DNA of 55,512 nt from assembly GCA_964540555.1 (NCBI GenBank), contig CAZINF010000004.1:1-55512 (forward strand), read 5' to 3'. Below, one piece after another: positions 48,748 through 55,512 of this stretch. The notes below the pieces were generated by a model. It made no database searches. It was not told the DNA's origin and saw only the letters and a program-made list of their open reading frames with translations. Position 1 is the stretch's first letter. Each line of letters begins with the position of its first letter. Both the position numbers and the translations under genes were made by a program. Source of the stretch: an uncultured Syntrophus sp. Its GTDB lineage: Bacteria > Desulfobacterota > Syntrophia > Syntrophales > UBA5619.

Positions 48748-48762
48748 TATCGTCTCCTTAAA

Positions 48763-50841
48763 TCAGTTGAATGTTTTCCCTTCGGCAGCGAGCTTTGCCA
48801 AAAGCGGCGCCGGCTTCCAGAACTCGCCGTGGCGCCTTTTGGCGAATTTCTCCATCGCTGCGACCACATTGGACAGGCCGACAGTATCGGCATAGAACAT
48901 CGGGCCACCGCGGTGAAGCGGGAAACCATACCCGGTGATATAAATGATATCGATGTCCGACGCCCGCTGCGCGATCCCCTCCGCGAGGATATAGGCGGCC
49001 TCGTTCACCAGCGAGTAAACCAGCCGCTCGACGATCTCCCTATCGTCGATCGCGCGCCGCTCGACGCCGATCTCCTTCGAGTGGTTGACGATCATCGCGT
49101 TCACCGCTTCAGACGGATAGGCTTTGCGGTCGCCCGGCTTGTAGTCATACCAGCCGGCGCCGGTCTTCTGGCCGAAGCGCCCCATCTCGCAGAGCAGATC
49201 GGCGGTCCTGGAGTAGACGACATCCGGATTCTCGGAGTACCGCCGTTTGCGGACGTACCAGCCTACGTCGTTCCCGGCGAGATCGCCCATCCGGAACGGT
49301 CCCATGGCAAAACCGAATTCCTCCATCGCCCGATCCATCTGCTCCGGGAGAGCGCCTTCTTCGAGCAGGAATCCGGCCTGCCGCCCATACTGCTCGATCA
49401 TTCGGTTTCCGATAAAACCGTCGCAGACGCCGGAAACCACTCCGATCTTCTTGATTTTCTTGGCGAGCGCCATGACAGTGGCGAGCACGTCGATGGCGGT
49501 CATCTCGCCGCGCACGATCTCCAGGAGCCTCATGATATTGGCAGGGCTGAAGAAGTGCGTGCCGATCACATCCTGCGGCCGCCGGGTAAAGCCCGCGATC
49601 TTGTTTACGTCGAGAGTGGAGGTGTTGGAGGCGAGGATGGCGCCCGGTTTCATCACCTCGTCGAGTTTCCTGAACACCTTTTCCTTGACACCCATCTCTT
49701 CAAACACCGCTTCGATGACGATATCGGCGTTTTTAATCTCGTCGTAGGACAGAGTTCCGCGGATCGCTCCGGTTACTTGATCGAATTTCTCCTGGGTGAG
49801 GCGGCCCTTTTTCAGGGAACTTTCGTAGTTCCTGCGCACTATGGCCAGCCCTTTCTCCAGTATCTCCTGATTGACCTCCAGGACGACGACCGGTATCCCG
49901 GCGTTGGCGAAATTCATGGCGATGCCGCCCCCCATCGTGCCGGCCCCGACGACCGCGGCCGATGTGATCGGGCGCTTCGGCGTATCCTCCGGCACGTCGG
50001 GAATCTTGGCCGCCGCTCGCTCACCGAAGAAATAGTGGCGCAGGGCCTTGCTCTCGGTTGTCTGCACAAGCGCGAGGAAGCACTCCTGTTCCACCTTGAT
50101 CCCCGCGTCGAAGGACCTGGCGACGGCGGCCTCGACACAGTCGACGCATTTGAGCGGCGCCGGGAAGTGCTTCGCGGCTGCACTTACGGTGGCGCGCGCC
50201 GTCTGGAAGAAGGCCTCGCGATTGGGAAGTTCGATCTTGATGTCGCGCACCTTCGGGAGAGGCTGCTTCTCGGCGATCTCCTCAGCGAACGCGATGGCGC
50301 CCGCTATCAGGTCCCCCGTGATCATCCGGTCAAAAAGCTTTGTTCCGGCAAGTTTTTCCGAAAGGACCGGATCGCCGGTAACGATCATCTTCAGCGCGGT
50401 CTCCACACCGACCACGCGCGGTAGGCGCTGGGTGCCGCCCGCGCCGGGCAGGAGACCGAGTTTCACTTCCGGGAGGGCGATTTGCGCCCCCGGCGATGCC
50501 ACACGGTAATGGCAGCCCAAGGCGAGTTCCAGCCCCCCGCCCATGGCCAATGAGTGGATCGCGGCGACCACCGGCTTGTCGGCGGCCTCGATCGCCGCGA
50601 TGACCGACGGCAGGATCGGTTCGGCGGAGATCATGGGCGTGTTGAATTCCCGGATGTCGGCGCCGCCGGAGAAAGCCTTGCCCGCGCCGGTGATCACGAC
50701 CGCCCTTACGGCGCTGTCGGCAAGGGCTTTTTTCAGCCCGTCGAAAATGCCGCTGCGGGTCGAATGCCCGAGGCCGTTGACCGGCGGGTTGTTCATGATG
50801 ATGATCGCGGTGGAGCCTCTGACATCATAGTCTGCGCTCAT
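48763..50841 (-). CDS. Enoyl-CoA hydratase / 3-hydroxyacyl-CoA dehydrogenase multifunctional protein
   Basis: [61 protein letters not shown]. Confidence 0.93.
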   Translation of the reverse strand: MSADYDVRGSTAIIIMNNPPVNGLGHSTRSGIFDGLKKALADSAVRAVVITGAGKAFSGGADIREFNTPMISAEPILPSVIAAIEAADKPVVAAIHSLAMGGGLELALGCHYRVASPGAQIALPEVKLGLLPGAGGTQRLPRVVGVETALKMIVTGDPVLSEKLAGTKLFDRMITGDLIAGAIAFAEEIAEKQPLPKVRDIKIELPNREAFFQTARATVSAAAKHFPAPLKCVDCVEAAVARSFDAGIKVEQECFLALVQTTESKALRHYFFGERAAAKIPDVPEDTPKRPITSAAVVGAGTMGGGIAMNFANAGIPVVVLEVNQEILEKGLAIVRRNYESSLKKGRLTQEKFDQVTGAIRGTLSYDEIKNADIVIEAVFEEMGVKEKVFRKLDEVMKPGAILASNTSTLDVNKIAGFTRRPQDVIGTHFFSPANIMRLLEIVRGEMTAIDVLATVMALAKKIKKIGVVSGVCDGFIGNRMIEQYGRQAGFLLEEGALPEQMDRAMEEFGFAMGPFRMGDLAGNDVGWYVRKRRYSENPDVVYSRTADLLCEMGRFGQKTGAGWYDYKPGDRKAYPSEAVNAMIVNHSKEIGVERRAIDDREIVERLVYSLVNEAAYILAEGIAQRASDIDIIYITGYGFPLHRGGPMFYADTVGLSNVVAAMEKFAKRRHGEFWKPAPLLAKLAAEGKTFN

Positions 50842-51253
50842 GGGACCTCCTGATTAAAGATGCGTCGATTGTCTTTAACCCCAAGAATTTCACCATCGGA
50901 TCGAAATCCCTGTCGTCATGTAACAATGTCAATTGATAGTGAATACAAAAAGTTCCAATCATGATATCGATGGTCTTCCTTACCGTGACGCCTCGTTTTC
51001 TCAACAGTCTATAGTTCATCGCGCTTTCCAATCCCAAAGACCGTCCTCCCATCGGCACGAACGGGATAAGTAAGAGAAGATCCCTGGCAATCCTGAAGTC
51101 CTTATCTCTCTGAAACCCCTGAAGTACCTCGGTCAGGATAAGATCGCCAATGAGGATAGGGGTGCTTCCCAGCGAAGAATCCAGCCAATCCGTTTGCGCC
51201 GTTTTTTTACCGTTGAAGTAGTCGATCCAGACGGATGAATCAACGAGAATCAT
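50825..51253 (-). CDS. vapC: VapC PIN-domain toxin
   Basis: MILVDSSVWIDYF, EVLQG, KTIDIMI, LLHDDRDF. Confidence 0.92.
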   Translation of the reverse strand: MILVDSSVWIDYFNGKKTAQTDWLDSSLGSTPILIGDLILTEVLQGFQRDKDFRIARDLLLLIPFVPMGGRSLGLESAMNYRLLRKRGVTVRKTIDIMIGTFCIHYQLTLLHDDRDFDPMVKFLGLKTIDASLIRRSHERRL

Positions 51254-51444
51254 TTGTCCAACCGCATTTCGTCGAGACTACCAGTCCATTTGAGTTTTCC
51301 CCGAAAACCTCTGAGCTCCTTCTGACCTTTCAGTTGCACCAGCAATTTTAACCCTTCTTCTATGGCATCCTTTTTTGTCCGCAGGCCAGACACCTTGAGG
51401 GCCGATTCCATCAGGTTGTCATCAATAACTATAGTCGTTCTCAT
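51250..51444 (-). CDS. vapB: VapB antitoxin
   Basis: MRTTIVIDDNLM..A...SGLRTKK..IEEGL; ATGA overlap with vapC. Confidence 0.9.
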   Translation of the reverse strand: MRTTIVIDDNLMESALKVSGLRTKKDAIEEGLKLLVQLKGQKELRGFRGKLKWTGSLDEMRLDK

Positions 51445-51455
51445 CTTTGCCTCCT

Positions 51456-51485
51456 ATGTGTATCAATAAGGGTTACTATACACAT
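51456..51485. promoter_or_regulatory. Putative VapBC autoregulatory operator
   Basis: Inverted repeat ATGTGTAT-N14-ATACACAT just upstream of the vapB RBS. Confidence 0.55.
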
Positions 51486-51603
51486 TAACAAGACGATTGA
51501 AAAGGTTTATATCGTCGAGTGGATCGTCGCCCTTGCCGGCCAGAAGCCTTTCCAGTCGGGCAGGCTGATCCGCCACCTGCCGCTCTTCCTCGCAGAGCTG
51601 GTC

Positions 51604-51888
51604 AAAGGAGCCGCGCCGGCTCCTGAGGCCGCCGGCTGCGAGCTCGTGGAGATGAAAGATGCAGATAAGTGCTGCGGCATGTCGGGGATCTTCGGGGTGA
51701 AATACGCGGAACTCTCTATGCCGATCCTGGAGCAGAAGATCGCCGCCATCCGGGAGACGGGCGCCGAAATCGCCGCCTGCGCCTGCTCGGGCTGCATGGT
51801 CCAGATCCAGGGCGGCCTCGACAAACGGCTCCCCGGCGTCCGGATGAAACACGTCGCGGACATCCTGGCGGAGAAGATCAAGGGATAG
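51604..51888 (+). pseudogene. C-terminal CCG-domain fragment of a GlcF/HdrD-like Fe-S oxidoreductase
   Basis: ELVEMKDADKCCGMSGIF, ACSGCMVQI, VRMKHVADIL; the preceding KEPRRLL is frameshifted; no N-terminus. Confidence 0.7.
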
Positions 51889-51957
51889 CCAAGCCACCGG
51901 CGCGGTAGAGCGGATACCGTCCCCAGCTCCGCATGGGGCGCCGGACTTCGGGAATGC

Positions 51958-52659
51958 CTACTCTTTCTCCCCGTGAATCGGGGTCTTGAGCGACCGGTAA
52001 TAGCTGTCGATATTGTAGATGGCGGCCAGCGGATTGTGCCCCAGAAGGCGATCCTTGACGGCGAAGACCGTACAGAGTGCAGCCGAGTATTTCAGAAACA
52101 GGGAATCGTGCCCCACGCATAAACCCATCATGACATTGAACTCGGTCTTTTCCTCGTTGAACAGAAACGCCTGGGCGATGGGGTTGCACATCGCTTCGAA
52201 GCAGCCGATCCTGATCTTCTGACCATCCAGGATCCCCAGCGCCTCCTTCGGCACCCGACCCGCCTTGCAGAGACCCGAGACGACCGTAAAGCCGTGCGCC
52301 GCAATAAGGCCCTCCACGACCTTGGCCTCTTTACGCAAACCCACGCAGAAGGCGAGCCCGACCTTTTTGTACTTCATCTTCCCGGCAAACTCGATGATCT
52401 CCAGAATCCGCGGCTTGAGGGGTCTTGTCCTGGCATAACCGAGTTCCCTATCCGCGTATCCTTCCCCCTCCTGGATCGACGCCTGCAGGGCGAATTCCAG
52501 GATTTCCGGTTTTTTCAGCTCTTCGACCGCCCTTGCAATCATCGCTTCTCTATTTACCGTGGGGCAGAAAGGGGGCGCGTTTCCTTCTTCGCTCTGGCAG
52601 ATTCGTCCCTGTGGTTCATACGGGCAGCGCGCACAACCCGGCAGTTCTTGATCCATCAT
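51958..52659 (-). CDS. DUF1847 Cys-rich protein
   Basis: PRILEIIEFA, GLAFCVGL, MCNPIAQA, GLCVGHDSLF, VKDRLLGHNP. Confidence 0.85.
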   Translation of the reverse strand: MMDQELPGCARCPYEPQGRICQSEEGNAPPFCPTVNREAMIARAVEELKKPEILEFALQASIQEGEGYADRELGYARTRPLKPRILEIIEFAGKMKYKKVGLAFCVGLRKEAKVVEGLIAAHGFTVVSGLCKAGRVPKEALGILDGQKIRIGCFEAMCNPIAQAFLFNEEKTEFNVMMGLCVGHDSLFLKYSAALCTVFAVKDRLLGHNPLAAIYNIDSYYRSLKTPIHGEKE

Positions 52660-52690
52660 ATTCTCCTTATGCCGTTCATATTGAGTCTCT

Positions 52691-53569
52691 CTAAAAAATC
52701 ATCTCGTCCTTTTTCTTCCAGAATGGTCCATCAAGCGTGATCTGCATCGTCCGTTCCGGTTCACTGGGATTGGCCAGCCGGACATAGATCTCCGGTGGGG
52801 CTGCCGGTGGGAGCGAGACGATCCAGCTCGCAAGTGTTCGTTCCCTTTCCAGCTTCCCCCCTGTCCGCCAGAGGCTGTCGTCGGGACCGTCGTGACGGTC
52901 CTGGCTGAAGGCGATGAAATCCTCCAATGTCAATGGAGCCATGCGACGTTCCAAAAGCTCCCTGATTCGCTCCAGGCGTTTCCGGCTGCTCCTGCCGATT
53001 TTCCTGTTTGCATCGATCAGTGTCTCGTCCAGATAATGGTTCGTATGTGCCAGCATGCCGCTGCCGGTGCTGCGAACAGAGAATTTCCCCTCGGGGGCGA
53101 CTTCAATCCAGGCGGTGCGGTGGCGGTCCGCGACCAGATACATCGACGGGTGTGTTCGGGAAAAAAGCGACCCGCTTGCCAGAACCTCCTCCACCGTGGA
53201 AAAATCGGTAAGAAGTTTCGATATCAGGCCGCTTCCGCCTTTGATTCTCTCCCCGCGGGGAATGCTGCCCGCCGACGCGGTGACAACGACAAGCCCTCTT
53301 TCGTTGATTCCGGCGACGCAGCCGCGCCTTTTCCCGTCGCGTATGGGAAAGAGGCCGAGAAACCGGCGTCCTTCGCTGGAACTCACCAGCCGGACTTCAC
53401 TCTTCTCGGGGATCCAATCCCTGTTTTTGGCGATAAGGCACCCCCCGTGGGCGACTCGCTCCCCCGCAGCCGCCGACAGGGTGCAGGCGTCAAGGGCCGA
53501 TACGTTCGTAAAAGTGACAAATGCGCCAAAAATGGCCGAAATAAGAAAGATGGAAACGATGGGTATCAT
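52691..53569 (-). CDS. Exported Ntn-hydrolase, peptidase C45/acyltransferase-like
   Basis: Signal peptide followed by the nucleophile ACTL, AKNRD, GINERGL, HTNHY; start uncertain. Confidence 0.75.
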   Translation of the reverse strand: MIPIVSIFLISAIFGAFVTFTNVSALDACTLSAAAGERVAHGGCLIAKNRDWIPEKSEVRLVSSSEGRRFLGLFPIRDGKRRGCVAGINERGLVVVTASAGSIPRGERIKGGSGLISKLLTDFSTVEEVLASGSLFSRTHPSMYLVADRHRTAWIEVAPEGKFSVRSTGSGMLAHTNHYLDETLIDANRKIGRSSRKRLERIRELLERRMAPLTLEDFIAFSQDRHDGPDDSLWRTGGKLERERTLASWIVSLPPAAPPEIYVRLANPSEPERTMQITLDGPFWKKKDEMIF

Positions 53570-53776
53570 GATGACGATCATAGCCCATCCGGACGGGATT
53601 GGCCATAGAAATTTCCTGTGTGTCCGCCCCGGCCGTCGATTTAACAATCCGTTCGGCTGTACTCCGGGGAATCGGACGCAGTTTAAAACGACAGGGCCGG
53701 ACCAAACGGCCCTGCCCTGTGTATTGAATCACTGCCCCGGGAAAGGACAGCGTTTATCTCTTTGAGACGGCTGCCG

Positions 53777-54925
53777 TTACCGGATGATCCCCATGCCCAC
53801 CAGGACCGACAGCATGACCGCGGCGGCGATGACCGATCCCACCTGGCCGCCGGCGTTAGCGCCCATGGCGTGCATAAGCAGGTAGCTCTTCTTGTTCCAT
53901 TTGGCCCCTTCTTTCTGGACGACGCGCGCCGCCATCGGGAATGCGGAGATCCCGGCCGCGCCGATCAGGGGGTTTACCTTTCCGCCGGTGGCGACCCGCA
54001 TCACCTTGCCCATCAGGACGCCGCAGACCGTGTCGAGACAAATGGCCACAAAACCGAGCCCCAGGATGATCAGGGTCTCGGTTTTGATGAAGGCGCTGCC
54101 CACCATGGTCGCGCCGATGCAGAGACCCAGAAAGAGGGTCACGACATTGGCGATTTCATTCTCCGACGCCTTGGTCAGGCGGCTGACGACGCCGGATTCC
54201 CGCATCAGGTTTCCGAGCATGATCGTCCCGAGCAGCGGCAGACCCTTTGGGGCGATGATGCCGCCGAGGATCGTAATGACCAGCGGGAAGAGAAGTTTCG
54301 TCGTCTTGGAGACCGGTTTGGCCAAGGGCTTCATCACGGTCATACGCTCGTTCTTCGTGGTCAGGAGCCTCATGATCGGCGGCTGGATGATCGGCACCAG
54401 CGACATGTAGGAATAGGCGGCGACCGATACGGCGCCGAGCAGGTGCGGGGCATACTTCGATGTGACGTAGATGGCCGTCGGTCCGTCACACGCCCCTATG
54501 ATCCCGATGGCGACCGCGTCCAGCTGCGAGAAACCCATCGCCAGTGCGAGGAGCAGCGTTATGAAGATCCCGAATTGGCCCGCGGCGCCGAGAAGAAACA
54601 TGGAGGGCCGGGCGAGCACAGGCCCGAAATCCGTCATCGCGCCGATACCGACGAAGATCAGCAGCGGGAAGAGTTCCGTTGTAATGCCCGCGTCATAGAT
54701 CACCCGGATGAATCCTTCCTGGCTCATCACATCCGAAAGGGGAATGTTTGCGAGGATACAACCGAATCCTATCGGAACCAGCAGGAGTGGCTCGCAGTCC
54801 TTCTTGATCCCGAGGTACAGAAGAACAAAACCCACCAGGAGCATGACCGTATTGCGCCAATCCATGGCGAGCATCTGAAACCCGACGGTGAGGCCGCCGA
54901 GGCCGTTAACGATTGCATCCGCCAT
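53777..54925 (-). CDS. oadB: Sodium ion-translocating decarboxylase beta subunit
   Basis: EPLLLVPIGFG, GAMTDFGP, IGIIGACDGPT, AAYSYMSLVP, GISAFPMAAR, HAMGANAGGQ. Confidence 0.93.
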   Translation of the reverse strand: MADAIVNGLGGLTVGFQMLAMDWRNTVMLLVGFVLLYLGIKKDCEPLLLVPIGFGCILANIPLSDVMSQEGFIRVIYDAGITTELFPLLIFVGIGAMTDFGPVLARPSMFLLGAAGQFGIFITLLLALAMGFSQLDAVAIGIIGACDGPTAIYVTSKYAPHLLGAVSVAAYSYMSLVPIIQPPIMRLLTTKNERMTVMKPLAKPVSKTTKLLFPLVITILGGIIAPKGLPLLGTIMLGNLMRESGVVSRLTKASENEIANVVTLFLGLCIGATMVGSAFIKTETLIILGLGFVAICLDTVCGVLMGKVMRVATGGKVNPLIGAAGISAFPMAARVVQKEGAKWNKKSYLLMHAMGANAGGQVGSVIAAAVMLSVLVGMGIIR

Positions 54926-54928
54926 GAC

Positions 54929-55066
54929 CTACGCCTCCTTCTTTTCCGACTTTTCGGGGAACAGCTTCCCCAAAAAGGCCATTACGAGGCTCATGATCCA
55001 CAGGGTCAGGATCGTCCCCCCCATCCCGCAGATCAGCATCGTAATCCCGAATGTCAAGTTATCCAT
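54929..55066 (-). CDS. Small OadG/GcdD-like membrane subunit (45 aa, below the ORF track cutoff)
   Basis: MDNLTFGITMLICGMGGTILTLWIMSLVMAFLGKLFPEKSEKKEA*; GGAGGTG RBS; lies directly before the beta subunit. Confidence 0.75.
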   Translation of the reverse strand: MDNLTFGITMLICGMGGTILTLWIMSLVMAFLGKLFPEKSEKKEA

Positions 55067-55307
55067 TCACGACACCTCCATATCTATTCCGTCGGTTTTC
55101 CCACCGACGTACATGAAAAAATGTTTTTCCGTAGAAAAACTTTCCGATGAACTGCGCCTCCTTAACCGCAACGCCCCTCCGGTGTCAAGCGAAAATAGAG
55201 TTCAAAACATTGACTTTCTGACGATTGATCCCTCGGAAATGCAGTAAATTTGAGTTAACCTCGATTTTTAAACATTTGCAAGTAGTAGTATTTATTAAAC
55301 TAAAACA

Positions 55308-55460
55308 GTCAACTACCACCACCTGAGGTGGTGGCTTGAATTAAAGTCCTGAAAGGTACCATAGTTTACGTCATGTTTACTCAAACAAACCTAATTGATT
55401 CCGTTCGAGTTCCTTCTCTTTCGTCTCTTGCCATTTCACATACTTCCTTATCTTTTCGGC
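55308..55460 (-). mobile_element. tnpA: IS200-family remnant: TnpA (Y1) C-terminus and right-end hairpin
   Basis: 55460-55377 reads AEKIRKYVKWQETKEKELERNQLGLFE* (catalytic YxxxQ helix), with an in-frame stop just upstream; end sequence CAAGCCACCACCTCAGGTGGTGGTAGTTGAC. Confidence 0.72.
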
Positions 55461-55512
55461 TCTTTCTCATCTCAAGTGGGTAATCCTGTTTTGCTGAAAT
55501 CCAGTTTGCCTG

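Noticed and set aside
48829-50424. 531-aa plus-strand ORF and similar long antisense ORFs (1762-2937, 5412-6548, 6758-8152, 26488-27900, 42578-43501, 53762-55150)
   Set aside because: They are shadows of well-supported genes on the opposite strand, expected from GC-rich codon usage, and show no recognisable motifs.
1-55512. CRISPR arrays, tRNA or rRNA genes, prophage genes
   Set aside because: No regularly spaced repeats, cloverleaf or rRNA signatures, or phage structural or integrase genes were recognised by eye.

Overview
A roughly 55.5 kb chromosomal patchwork from an anaerobic bacterium; gene content suggests a Desulfobacterota/Syntrophales-like organism (inference). Metabolic blocks: ydhYVW-type aldehyde:ferredoxin oxidoreductase; a glycine-cleavage operon with a GcvT-SHMT fusion and a GcvH lacking its lipoyl lysine; trxB-lgt; an octaheme nitrite reductase; a divergent LarA-like/2-hydroxyacid dehydrogenase/M24/nitroreductase plus peptide-ABC cluster; the DUF39/NIL-ferredoxin/UPF0280 homocysteine module; beta-oxidation genes; Na+-decarboxylase subunits. 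Defence and TA genes: a complete type I R-M locus carrying an inserted small-protein plus aspartyl-protease pair, vapBC, and a broken relBE-like pair. The strongest non-obvious signal is in the intergenic DNA. A ~107-bp non-autonomous IS200/IS605-type element occurs three times. It inserts after TGAC without target duplication, and in silico removal of one copy restores a toxin reading frame. A complete group IIC intron sits exactly at the right-end TCAC of another copy, and the intron's predicted EBS1 loop (GUGA) is complementary to that TCAC, so the intron appears to target transposon ends. Several other MITE/REP-like families and a mirror-duplicated divergent promoter are also present. I recognised no rRNA, tRNA or CRISPR array. 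All calls come from reading motifs by eye; no searches were run.
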